Positions 19,122 to 28,812 of a stretch of DNA of 64,000 nucleotides are shown piece by piece (the stretch's first letter is position 1; every line of letters starts with the position of its first letter). The position numbers were made by a program, and so were the translations under genes. The DNA is taken from the NCBI GenBank assembly GCA_043807255.1, contig JAZDGD010000007.1, positions 17,069 through 81,068 on the forward strand, given 5' to 3'. Origin of the DNA: Patescibacteria group bacterium (lineage in GTDB: Bacteria > Patescibacteriota > Minisyncoccia > RBG-13-40-8-A). Below the pieces are notes generated by a model. It made no database searches and was not told where the DNA came from. It saw only the letters and a list, made by a program, of their open reading frames with translations.

Positions 19122-20870
19122 CTACACTTCTATTATGACCGGCAAGACCATTGGTCTTCTTTTAGTTTTGCTATACAAAAATTGACCGATTTTATCGCGT
19201 AGATTATCTTTAACAAACACCCAATTAATTGGCGCCCCGGGAACAGCGCTGTGTTCAACAATATCTTTAACCTTTTTACGCACTTCGTTTAAGAGCTCTT
19301 TTGATTCTTTCATGTAGATAAACCCGCGAGAAATTATATCTGGACTATTTTTAATTTTACCAGTTTGTCGATCAATTGTAGCAATAATTACAAACATTCC
19401 GTCTTCGGCCATTGTTTGACGATCACGCAATACAACGTGACCGATATCACCAATTCCTAATCCGTCGACAAAAACATAGCTCGTGTCAATTTTTTTACTT
19501 AAAATCTTTGCTGATCCACCATGAAATTCAAGCACCGAGCCATTGTCTAAAACAAAAATTCTGTCTCTCGAAATTCCGATCTGTATTGCCAATTTTGCTG
19601 ATTCCTTCAAAAAATAATGATAAGCATAAACTGGCAAAAAATAATCTGGCCTGATTTGTCTAATAATTTCCTTAATGTTTTCGGCATTAGAATGTCCACT
19701 CATGTGTACGTCCATAATTTCGTTATGCACAACATTGTCACACTGACGATACAAGCCGTCTTTCATTTGTTGAATTGTTCTTTCGTTGCCAGGAATGATT
19801 GATGAAGAAAAGATTATGGTATCATTTTTTTTAATTCTAACAAATCGATGATCACCAGTAATAATTCTCGATAAAACTGCATTGCCCTCTCCTTGCGCGC
19901 CAGTACAAATAATTATAATTTTGTTTTCAGGATGTTTGTTGATTTCATTAATTGGAATAAGCGTTTCTTTGTCTGCTTTAATGTATCCCAGCCCTTGGGC
20001 AATTTCTACGTTCATTTTCATGCTATAACCGTCAAGCGCCACTTTTTTGCCAATTGTTTTGGCATATTCAATAATGTCGCCAATTCTTTTTATTTGAGAA
20101 GAAAAAGTGCCGATAATTACTTTGCCTTGTGCGCCACTAATAAGTTTCTCTAGATTAGCATACATGTCTTTTTCTAAAACCATTTCTTTGTTTGTATCTA
20201 ATGAGCCCAAGCTTTCGAGCATTAAAATTTTCGGTCCTGGCAAAGATGCCAAATGGTTATAGGTGACAGCTTGATGTGTATCAGAATTTTTTTCCATCGT
20301 CCAATCGCCTGGATGAATAATCGTTCCGTCGGGAGTATTAATCACAACGCCGACCGCATCCATAATTGAATGTTCAACATTAAAAAATCCAACCCTAAAC
20401 TTCCCCAACGTTAATCGTTCATCAATTGATTTAATTTTGATAATCTTTAATTGTTTCATTGAATCTTTATCATATTCTTGCATTCTTTTTTCAATTAAAG
20501 CAATTGTTAAATCTCTACCGATAATTGTCGGAAGGCCAAGTTTTTTCAAAAGTAACGGAGCAGCTCCGATATGATCCAAGTGACCATGGCTAAAAATTAC
20601 TCCCTTAATATTTTTTTCCTTGCCTTTCAGATAACTAATATTAGGAATAATGAAATCAATTCCCGGCATATCTTCTTCGGGAAACTGAATTCCCATATCT
20701 AAAATCACAATATCTTCGCCATATTCAAAAACAGTCATATTCCTACCAACTTCTTCCATTCCACCTAAAGGAATAATCCTTAAGGTTGGTTGTTTTGGTT
20801 TCTTTTGCATCTGCGGTCTTTGTATTTGTGGTTTTTGTTTCATTTGTTTGTGTTTAAATTGTTGTTCCAT
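19122..20870 (-). CDS. rnj: Ribonuclease J
   Basis: IIPLGG.EEVGRN, HGHLDHIG, TGAQGE, IPGNE, HMSGH and RRPMVLP motifs. Confidence 0.96.
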   Translation of the reverse strand: MEQQFKHKQMKQKPQIQRPQMQKKPKQPTLRIIPLGGMEEVGRNMTVFEYGEDIVILDMGIQFPEEDMPGIDFIIPNISYLKGKEKNIKGVIFSHGHLDHIGAAPLLLKKLGLPTIIGRDLTIALIEKRMQEYDKDSMKQLKIIKIKSIDERLTLGKFRVGFFNVEHSIMDAVGVVINTPDGTIIHPGDWTMEKNSDTHQAVTYNHLASLPGPKILMLESLGSLDTNKEMVLEKDMYANLEKLISGAQGKVIIGTFSSQIKRIGDIIEYAKTIGKKVALDGYSMKMNVEIAQGLGYIKADKETLIPINEINKHPENKIIIICTGAQGEGNAVLSRIITGDHRFVRIKKNDTIIFSSSIIPGNERTIQQMKDGLYRQCDNVVHNEIMDVHMSGHSNAENIKEIIRQIRPDYFLPVYAYHYFLKESAKLAIQIGISRDRIFVLDNGSVLEFHGGSAKILSKKIDTSYVFVDGLGIGDIGHVVLRDRQTMAEDGMFVIIATIDRQTGKIKNSPDIISRGFIYMKESKELLNEVRKKVKDIVEHSAVPGAPINWVFVKDNLRDKIGQFLYSKTKRRPMVLPVIIEV

Positions 20871-20956
20871 TATATTTTTATACTTTTAAGTTGCTTTTAT
20901 TATATCAATATAATACAATAAAAGAAAGGCTGGAGTAATAAATAATTTAAAAAAAT

Positions 20957-21334
20957 ATGAATATTAGAAAAATATTATCAATAATCATTATTGTGGGTTT
21001 TGCGCTTGTGTTATTATTGGCCGTCATTTCAAAAGAAAGCCCGCAAGAACAAGAACTGATTTCGGGTTTGTTTTTTTATGTTTGTCTGGGGGTTGCGATT
21101 TCGACAGCTTTTTTGGTACTCTCGTTATTGTTCCCTTTTCGCACTGACATTGAAAATCAAAAACCCAAGAGCGTTTTTAGGAAAATTATAATTTTTGTTC
21201 TTGGATTAATATTTACAGTAATAACTGCCATAGCCTCATTTTTTATACTGCTTTTTCTCGGGGCCATTAGTGGCATTTTTAGTATTGGATCAGGCACCTA
21301 TGGCACCCCGATATATAGACCAAAAATAAATTAA
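20957..21334 (+). CDS. Small membrane protein (3 predicted TM segments)
   Basis: Hydrophobic segments; ends 3 nt before the radical SAM gene. Confidence 0.7.
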   Translation: MNIRKILSIIIIVGFALVLLLAVISKESPQEQELISGLFFYVCLGVAISTAFLVLSLLFPFRTDIENQKPKSVFRKIIIFVLGLIFTVITAIASFFILLFLGAISGIFSIGSGTYGTPIYRPKIN

Positions 21335-21337
21335 ACT

Positions 21338-22696
21338 ATGGAAATTATTGATTCCATCGCAGATAAAATTTTGGGTGATTTTAAAAAAGAGATACCTATC
21401 GTGGGGCGATATTCTACGAGAAAAGAAAAGAGAGGGTATGCTCTTTTTTTTAATGACAGCCTAAGAATCGTTTTCCTTAGTGATATGGGTTACTATTTTA
21501 TAAAAGAAATAGATGGAATGAAAAACTGTGATCAAGTAGCAAGAGCTGTTGCAAGTTCATTAAAATTTCCTTATTTGGTTTCTTGTAGGCTGTTGATCAA
21601 ATGTTTAAATCATTTTTCTTCGCTTGAAATTGTTTCGTTGAAAACCACAAAAACCACAAAAGTTAAATTAAAAAATTTAGGAAATTTTATTCCATCAGCG
21701 CCAAACCAAATAGCTATTCTTTTAACAAACGAGTGTAATTTGCGCTGTTCTCATTGTGGCAACGAAAATAGAGATCGAAAAGAAAATGAATTGTCGAAAG
21801 AAGAGTGGTTCAAGATTATAGACGAATGTTCGAAAATTGGCGTGTTTATTTTCAATGTTTCTGGTGGCGAACCATTTATTAGAAAAGATTGGTATGAAGT
21901 ACTGTCCTATGCCCGTTCAAAGAAAATAGAAGTTGCAATTACCAGCAACTCAACGCTTATTAATGAAGATGTAGCAGAAAAATTAAAAGAACTAAAGATT
22001 TTTAATATACATTTGAGTGTAGACGGGGTTGGCGAAATTCATGATCATTTTAGAAATCAAAAAGGTGTCTTTGAGAAAGTAGTTAATGCAATAGATTTAT
22101 TAAAAAAATACAAAATCCCATTCGGCATTACAACGGCGGTTTCAAAGAGAAACTTTAGCGATTTGGACAAATTGGTTGAATTTGTTAGAAGTAATAATAT
22201 CTCCTCTTGGGAAATTTACTCCGCAATACCTCTGGGGTGTATGAATAAATTAGAAGCGTTAAGCCAGTCAGAAACGTTAGAATTTGCAAGAAAGATATCC
22301 GATTTTAGAAAAAATCTAAAGGATACAAAAATTTTTGTTGGCGACAATTTGGGATATTTCGACCAATACAATATGCAAGAAGATTGGAGGGGTTGCAGGG
22401 CGGGAATTAGTATTTGCGCGATTGATTCCGAAGGCAATGTCAAGGGTTGTCCCATACATCCCAATTCTTTAATACAGGGGAATCTTAGAAGCAGAACGTT
22501 AAGCGATATATGGAACGACAAGAAATCATTTGGATATAATCGTAATGCTAAATCGAAACTAAAAGAACACTGTAAAAATTGTCGATTTTCAAAAGTTTGC
22601 CGAGGCGGATGCAAGGCTTCAATGTATTCTCAACACAAGAATTTCGAACACAATGACTACTGTTTAAAGTTCATTGAGGAAAGCAGAACTATTTAA
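21338..22696 (+). CDS. Radical SAM/SPASM protein with a putative N-terminal PqqD/RRE-like domain
   Basis: CNLRCSHC, SGGEP; SPASM C..G..C.IDSEG.V.GCP..GN..C..C....C.GGC. Confidence 0.9.
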   Translation: MEIIDSIADKILGDFKKEIPIVGRYSTRKEKRGYALFFNDSLRIVFLSDMGYYFIKEIDGMKNCDQVARAVASSLKFPYLVSCRLLIKCLNHFSSLEIVSLKTTKTTKVKLKNLGNFIPSAPNQIAILLTNECNLRCSHCGNENRDRKENELSKEEWFKIIDECSKIGVFIFNVSGGEPFIRKDWYEVLSYARSKKIEVAITSNSTLINEDVAEKLKELKIFNIHLSVDGVGEIHDHFRNQKGVFEKVVNAIDLLKKYKIPFGITTAVSKRNFSDLDKLVEFVRSNNISSWEIYSAIPLGCMNKLEALSQSETLEFARKISDFRKNLKDTKIFVGDNLGYFDQYNMQEDWRGCRAGISICAIDSEGNVKGCPIHPNSLIQGNLRSRTLSDIWNDKKSFGYNRNAKSKLKEHCKNCRFSKVCRGGCKASMYSQHKNFEHNDYCLKFIEESRTI

Positions 22697-23474
22697 TCAA
22701 AAAATTTTCTATAATTCTAACAATTTTGGGTGCTTCTGTTTTTAAAAATTTGTGTTTTTTGTTCTCAATAATCTTTATTTCGGCGGTTTTTAATCTTGCA
22801 AAAAGATTTTTTGTTTTTTCTGAAAGCGTTTTGTCGTTTTTTCCATAAATTATCAACAGCGGAATTTTTAAATTCTCTAGTCCCAACGCTCCTTCGTAAT
22901 TTTTTAAAGAATAGACAGACCCCAAAAGATCCTTTGTGTTGATACATTTCAAGACATATCTCGTATCGTGGAAATTTGGATTCTCGTAATTTTTTAATTT
23001 AGAATAATTTAGTTTGAATTTCTTATTGGGAACTAAACATCGCCATACAATCCCAACAAAATCAAAGATGAGTTTTTCAAAAAAATTATTTTCTCCTTTA
23101 AAGTAGGGACTAACAAAGATCATAGACTTTATCTTCTCTTGCATTTTTTCTTTTATTAATAGACTGATATGACACGAAAAAGAATACGAAATTATAGAAA
23201 CGGACCCTATTTCTAATTGATTTAAGATTTTTACAATTTTCTCTGCCTGATTTGAAAATGAATATTCGTCTATGGTTTTTGGAGAACCGGAATTACCGTG
23301 CCCAACCAAATCAATGAGAATAATGTTAAATTTATCTTTAAGCGTTTCAACGTAATCGTCCCATACTGACGAGGTCCCTGTGAATCCATGCAAAAACAGC
23401 AAAGTATGATTTTCTTTGCTGTTTTTTAAATATCTATAAAAGATATTTTCAGATTTCTGTTCTATAATTTCCAT
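22689..23474 (-). CDS. Alpha/beta hydrolase
   Basis: LHGFTG, DLVGHG.S, nucleophile elbow SYSFS, G..D and C-terminal His. Confidence 0.85.
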   Translation of the reverse strand: MEIIEQKSENIFYRYLKNSKENHTLLFLHGFTGTSSVWDDYVETLKDKFNIILIDLVGHGNSGSPKTIDEYSFSNQAEKIVKILNQLEIGSVSIISYSFSCHISLLIKEKMQEKIKSMIFVSPYFKGENNFFEKLIFDFVGIVWRCLVPNKKFKLNYSKLKNYENPNFHDTRYVLKCINTKDLLGSVYSLKNYEGALGLENLKIPLLIIYGKNDKTLSEKTKNLFARLKTAEIKIIENKKHKFLKTEAPKIVRIIENFLIK

Positions 23475-23491
23475 TTCAGTTTCCTAATTAT

Positions 23492-23511
23492 TCGGGCTAC
23501 CGAGACCTGAA
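23492..23511 (-). pseudogene. 3'-terminal remnant of a tRNA-Pro-like gene
   Basis: Minus strand TTCAGGT-CTCGG-TAGCCCG-A reads as T-loop, T-stem, acceptor strand ending G72-A73. Confidence 0.45.
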
Positions 23512-23580
23512 TATTGATTTAATTACCCCAATCGTGATATAATTAATAGAGAGTAGGCTTCTGTTAAAACAAAAAGTTTT

Positions 23581-24474
23581 GTGACTAATCTTAAAAAGGT
23601 TTATTGTAAAAATTGTAAAAAGCCAATTTATCGAAGCATCGGTCGATTCCATGAAAATTTAAAATTCGGATGGAATTTTTATTGTTCTCCAAAATGTTTA
23701 AGCCAAGACAAAACAAAGAAACAAGAATTAGTATGTGAAAATTGTGGCAAAACTATCAGGCGAACACCTTGTGCAATCTCTCCGCACAATTATTGTTCTC
23801 GATCTTGCGCTATGATAGAAAACAATAAGACAAGACCCAGTAAACCAACCCAATTCAAGATTTGCATAAATTGTAAGAAAAAATTCAAAAAAAGTAGTGG
23901 AAATTCAAAATATTGTTCTATGAAATGCCGAACAGAAGCAGAAAGTCATACTCCCGAACAGCTTATAAGTATTATAACTCAATTGGCACAAAAATTGAAA
24001 AGAACCCCTGCGCGACGCGAAATAGAAAGAATAATTAAGCCGTGCATAAGAATTTTTGGCTCATGGAATAAGGCTGTTCAATCCGCTGGATTAATTCCAA
24101 ATCGTTCGCACAATAATCGAATGTATAAACGCGTTAATGCAAAAGCCATAGATGGTCATTTATGCGATTCTGTCTCGGAACTTTTAATTGATAACTGGTT
24201 TTACAGGAATAATATTTTACACGAAAGAGATGCACATTATCCCGACACACATCACAAGGCAGACTGGAAAATATTCACAAAAAACAAATATGTTTTCGTA
24301 GAATATTTTGGTTTGGCCAATGATGGCCCAAGATATGATCGCTCAATAAAGGAGAAAAAGGTGCTTTGCAAAAAACATAAGATTTCTTTAATTGGAATTT
24401 ATCCGAAAGATATTTATCCTAAAATTCATTTAGAAAATAATCTTAAAAATAAATTCAAGCGTTTTTTAAATTAA
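23581..24474 (+). CDS. Zn-finger-repeat protein with homing-endonuclease-associated repeat and C-terminal PD-(D/E)XK-like nuclease
   Basis: Three CxxC...YCSxxC units, FGSWNKAVQSAGL repeat, DS.SE..IDN...ADW...VEYFG. Confidence 0.7.
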   Translation: MTNLKKVYCKNCKKPIYRSIGRFHENLKFGWNFYCSPKCLSQDKTKKQELVCENCGKTIRRTPCAISPHNYCSRSCAMIENNKTRPSKPTQFKICINCKKKFKKSSGNSKYCSMKCRTEAESHTPEQLISIITQLAQKLKRTPARREIERIIKPCIRIFGSWNKAVQSAGLIPNRSHNNRMYKRVNAKAIDGHLCDSVSELLIDNWFYRNNILHERDAHYPDTHHKADWKIFTKNKYVFVEYFGLANDGPRYDRSIKEKKVLCKKHKISLIGIYPKDIYPKIHLENNLKNKFKRFLN

Positions 24475-24479
24475 TATTG

Positions 24480-24552
24480 TCAGAGCGGAGAGACTTGCAC
24501 TCTCAGTTTCCGACTCCCGAAGCCGGCGTCTTAGCTGTTAGACCACGCCCTG
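24480..24552 (-). tRNA. tRNA-Pro(CGG)
   Basis: CAGGGCG/CGCTCTG-A acceptor, anticodon arm CCGGC-TTCGGGA-GTCGG, atypical T-loop TGCAAGT. Confidence 0.88.
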
Positions 24553-24556
24553 GTGG

Positions 24557-26935
24557 TTATTTTTTCTTTTTTAATATTTTTTCTAATTCTTGTTTATCTA
24601 AAACCCAAAAATTATCTTGTTCTTTTGAATTTATATCATAAAAAACTTTTCCTCTAATTTTGAATCCGGAATTTTTCAATACACCCTCTGAAAGTAGATT
24701 CTTGGGATTTGTGAAAGCCACAATTGTGGTTTCTTCTGATTTTTCCAAAAGAGAAAATCCAATTTGTCTAATAGCGCTTGGAATATGTCCTCTTCCTTTG
24801 TTTTCTTCTGGCAAATTCTCATCAAGAAGTCGTGCAAAACTTATTTCTAAAATCTTTGAGTTTCCAGACAAATCAATCAACCTGCTTTCTTTCAAATTAG
24901 TAATTGTGTCTTCTTCTAATTCATAGAGCCAAACAAATCCCTCCATTAGCCCTTTTTCTTTTTCTCCACAAACGCCATAAAATTGTTTTTTAAACATTTT
25001 CTTAATTTCTTCTGTGGTGGATAATTCTTCTGCGTCGTCCATCCATTTTTTTATTATTGGTTGATCCTCGATGCGTTTATATGCATCAATATCGTTTGGA
25101 TTATTCGAGTCTGGTTTTTTTATCCATGCCGATTCTTGCTCAAAAATTTTCACCGGCCCTTCCTTCGGGCTCTTAGGCAATTTACAATCTGCAACCAGGT
25201 CTTCTTCCGTCTCGTCGATTCCTTTTATAAAATTTGATACCCTCTTAACTATCTTGTTCGGTTTACAATTATTTTTTACCCATTTATCGGCTTTTTGGGG
25301 ATTCATTGTTTCGTCCCGATAGAGTTTTAAGACTTCTTTTGATAATTCTTCGTTTATTTTATAAAAAGCATCAACATCGGTTATTGTTGCAGCCCCAGTT
25401 TTAAAATCAAAAACAACAATTCCTTGTTCAAATAATTTATTTAAAGTATAGACAGCAGCATAATAATATTCATCTCCTTCTGGTTTGTCAAAAAGTTCTT
25501 CTAACGAATTTTCTAAAGCCGCAGAAGCCCACTCCTCTTCTGTGCCCTCTATTGCGCCCGCCTTAATCAATTCGGGCAAAAATTGTCGGTAGAATTGTTC
25601 TGCCTTTACTTCATTAATAATCAATCCAGGATCCGCTCCCAATCTTTTTGCTCCCGGGTCACCATCTTTATGAAAGTGACAAAATTCGTGAAACGATGTA
25701 ACAAAAAAGGACATTCTTAAACTGTAAGGTTTTTCGGTATTTCCGATTTTAAAATTCTTTTTTCCCGCCAATGAATTCTGCAACTTTCTCTGTTCTGCAA
25801 GAAAAACCATACCAACCGATTCTCCCATTTGAGCAGTTGTTTTCATCGCTAAACCAGCACCATAGTCCCCAATAGAGTTAACAACTGTAAATTTTTTCTC
25901 TATAACATTTTTCGCCAATTCGGCGTGACCCATTTCTTTAAGTTGCCGAGAAATCACTTCCTGACACATAGAAAGATTTTTTTCCTCCTCCGGAGATCTC
26001 AACGTAATCTTTATCTCTGGATCGAAATACGGTGGTTTAAAATACCCCCCCGTGTATTCCGTTGGAACTATTAAAATTGGGAAGTCAGAAAAAGTTGATT
26101 GTTTATACAATTCGCTTACTGCTCGATAACATTCATCGGTCTTATTTACATCTTTTTCGCGATAGGATTCACTCAGAGCTATTAGATATTTTTGAAAAAT
26201 TTCTCCGCCAGGAAATTTTTTCCATTCAACCGACATTTCGCTAATTTCTTTGAATTTTCTAAAGAGATATTGGGCGTCTTTATCAAATAATTCATTGATT
26301 GTATGTGCTGTTTCGTCTCCAGGCAGATAGAATTTGGTTGACAACGATCCTTCTTTCGGTTTCGGCGATAGTCTTGAAAAGGCGAGAAAACGGATAAAGA
26401 GATTGTCCGCGCGCATCGAAGCGTCGAGAAGTTTTGTGGTGACGTCGCGTAGCTCTGAATTCAGTCCTAATTTTTCAAGATCTTTTTCTTCGGCACAATT
26501 AATAACTTCTTGATAAGCCCTTGTCTCCATATGTTTTATGACATGCCCGGCGACAGCTAATAAAACCTCTCTTCTTTGTCCTTGTATCTCCGGAATTCCT
26601 TCTGGCCAATTATTGACGATCGTATCGATAATTTCTTCTCGAGGAAGATCCTGTATAGATGAAACCTTCCCTTGGAATGCATCGACTTTAGTTTGTATTT
26701 GTTCTAAAACGACTCTTTGAACGTTTTCAAAAAGTTCTAGGGAATTTTCCCAAGGACCAACTTTTTCTGGTAAATCTTTTTTCCATTCAGTATAGCCGTC
26801 CAACAGTCCCAATGTTTTATAAATATCCTTCAATCCGGGTTCAGAATCGATTAATTTTTCTTGTTTAATTTTTGGTTTTGGCTCTCCGCTTTCTCTCATA
26901 ATTATTTTACTCCGCCGTTGGCGGGGTGAATCCAA
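24557..26935 (-). CDS. Large hypothetical protein: zincin-like HEXXH region plus C-terminal GNAT-like domain
   Basis: FHEFCH...NEVKAE; C-terminal GRG and N..S..VL.NSGF pattern. Confidence 0.5.
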   Translation of the reverse strand: MDSPRQRRSKIIMRESGEPKPKIKQEKLIDSEPGLKDIYKTLGLLDGYTEWKKDLPEKVGPWENSLELFENVQRVVLEQIQTKVDAFQGKVSSIQDLPREEIIDTIVNNWPEGIPEIQGQRREVLLAVAGHVIKHMETRAYQEVINCAEEKDLEKLGLNSELRDVTTKLLDASMRADNLFIRFLAFSRLSPKPKEGSLSTKFYLPGDETAHTINELFDKDAQYLFRKFKEISEMSVEWKKFPGGEIFQKYLIALSESYREKDVNKTDECYRAVSELYKQSTFSDFPILIVPTEYTGGYFKPPYFDPEIKITLRSPEEEKNLSMCQEVISRQLKEMGHAELAKNVIEKKFTVVNSIGDYGAGLAMKTTAQMGESVGMVFLAEQRKLQNSLAGKKNFKIGNTEKPYSLRMSFFVTSFHEFCHFHKDGDPGAKRLGADPGLIINEVKAEQFYRQFLPELIKAGAIEGTEEEWASAALENSLEELFDKPEGDEYYYAAVYTLNKLFEQGIVVFDFKTGAATITDVDAFYKINEELSKEVLKLYRDETMNPQKADKWVKNNCKPNKIVKRVSNFIKGIDETEEDLVADCKLPKSPKEGPVKIFEQESAWIKKPDSNNPNDIDAYKRIEDQPIIKKWMDDAEELSTTEEIKKMFKKQFYGVCGEKEKGLMEGFVWLYELEEDTITNLKESRLIDLSGNSKILEISFARLLDENLPEENKGRGHIPSAIRQIGFSLLEKSEETTIVAFTNPKNLLSEGVLKNSGFKIRGKVFYDINSKEQDNFWVLDKQELEKILKKKK

Positions 26936-28793
26936 TATTTTTCCATTCTTTGTCCATTTCCTCGAATCTTTCTCTTTTTTCGAAAATAAATTTTTGTATC
27001 TTCTTTTTTAATTCTTCTAAATGATATTCGAATTGGGGATTGCCATGCGACCCCGCCTTGTGTGCTGCTTCATGAAAATATAAATCTATGACATCTAAAA
27101 AATCTTTGCCAAAATCTTCTTGGGCGATCCAATAAAATAAATCATTGTATTGTCCGGAGAAAATGCTGTTTTCGTCTTTTATATTAAAAAGCCAAATATC
27201 TTTAATGTCGCTTTCGTCGAGACCAATCTCTTTTGCTACTCCTTTTAAATACTCTATTTTTTCGTTTTCTTTTTCGGAGGCTTCTATTTTTGTGTGATTT
27301 TGCAGTTCTTTAAATTTTTCTATAACTCCTTTCATTCCAATTTTCGCCATAAAATCAGGACAAATTTTATATCCTTGAGATTTTAATAAATCAATAATCC
27401 AATTTGGCATTCTGTCTCTTGCTAAAAATTCTTTTTCGAAATTAAATTTTATTTTTTCTTTCGATGCTTTTTCGGCCATCATTTCAAGTAGACTACAACC
27501 TTCTTGTGCCCCGGACATTTCCGGCCAAAGTGATTTAAAGTCATAAATTGATTTTTCTAGGTCTTTTTTGTCCATTGCATCAACGATAAGGGGAAGAACC
27601 TCTTCTTTTAGTTCCCAATAAGTTACCATGCCACGATCGCGATCGGCGCTAGCATCTTTTAGAATCTTTTTCCACGTCCAAATATTTACATCATAAACGG
27701 TGTTCCATTTTTCTCTTTCTCTGCAACTTATTCTTTGACCGGCGTGATAAAAATTTCCCTTAAATCTGCGTTCCCAACTATAATTTCCTTTTTCATTAAT
27801 CGGCAATATTTTAAATCCACCAACATCTGGATCGTTAAAGCTTGGCTCTTGGAAATCCTCGTTTTCTTTGGAATAAAAAAGTTCTCTGGCATCTGTTATC
27901 GCTTGTGCCTCTTCTTTGCTTTTTTCTCCATGGAAAACAATTTCCAATTTATTTCCTTTGATTGGTTTTTCTGTCTTATATTTCTTGATAAAAAGTCCTC
28001 TTAATTCTTTGTCGCGTTTGTCTTTTGCTAGTTGATCTTTTGGAATGTTATCTAAATAAAATTCTAATTCCCAATCATCACAAGCAAATTTTATGTCTGC
28101 ATCGAAATCTCTAAGCATTGTAAGCGAAAGCATTTTTGTTCCTTCGCCAAATCCTCCAGCAGCACGTTCTTTATCTGGCTTGTCGCTAATGCCCGTGTGT
28201 CGCAGAGTGCGCCAATCATAATTGGCATCTCCGTTGATTATCACTTTTGACTTCGGATCTTTTTCGTTATCGTCACTTTCAACAAAAAATTCAATTCCAT
28301 CCAAGGTGCCACCATTGGCATCAAAAAAATTCTGCCAAGAATCGCAAGCCGCTTTTTCTAAACTCCATTCAACGCCATAATCTTCAGCGTATCCAGTGTA
28401 AAAACCTTTTTCTATTTGTTTCTCAAAACTCGTTTTTTCAAAATCTTTTGTCAATATTTTTAATACATTTTTTTCGATATCTGATTTTACATCTAAAAAC
28501 GTTATTTTTCTTAACGTTTCTTCGCCAAGAGATTTTTCAATCAACTTAGAAATTTCTAATGGGTAATTTTCTCCGCTGGCATCCTTTAGTGTTTTTTTTA
28601 CTTCCTTCGCGGATTCAAATCTTTCTGGATTACGATTAAAAAGTTCTTTTGCTATCAAGTCTAGTGTTTTGGGAGATCTTTGTAATGCCTTAAAAACGCC
28701 CATTAATTGTTTTGGCTTTTCTTCTATGTTTTCCTTTTCCTCTTTTTTTTTGTTACCAGATAGCCCTTCGAAAATCTTTGAAAATTTTGACAT
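26907..28793 (-). CDS. Hypothetical protein with GHKL-ATPase-like N-terminal domain and C-terminal HEXXH motif
   Basis: DSWQNFFDA, G.SDK...GGFGEGTK and FHEAAH..SHG..F motifs. Confidence 0.55.
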   Translation of the reverse strand: MSKFSKIFEGLSGNKKKEEKENIEEKPKQLMGVFKALQRSPKTLDLIAKELFNRNPERFESAKEVKKTLKDASGENYPLEISKLIEKSLGEETLRKITFLDVKSDIEKNVLKILTKDFEKTSFEKQIEKGFYTGYAEDYGVEWSLEKAACDSWQNFFDANGGTLDGIEFFVESDDNEKDPKSKVIINGDANYDWRTLRHTGISDKPDKERAAGGFGEGTKMLSLTMLRDFDADIKFACDDWELEFYLDNIPKDQLAKDKRDKELRGLFIKKYKTEKPIKGNKLEIVFHGEKSKEEAQAITDARELFYSKENEDFQEPSFNDPDVGGFKILPINEKGNYSWERRFKGNFYHAGQRISCREREKWNTVYDVNIWTWKKILKDASADRDRGMVTYWELKEEVLPLIVDAMDKKDLEKSIYDFKSLWPEMSGAQEGCSLLEMMAEKASKEKIKFNFEKEFLARDRMPNWIIDLLKSQGYKICPDFMAKIGMKGVIEKFKELQNHTKIEASEKENEKIEYLKGVAKEIGLDESDIKDIWLFNIKDENSIFSGQYNDLFYWIAQEDFGKDFLDVIDLYFHEAAHKAGSHGNPQFEYHLEELKKKIQKFIFEKRERFEEMDKEWKNIGFTPPTAE

Positions 28794-28812
28794 AATTAAA
28801 ATTTACTTATAT

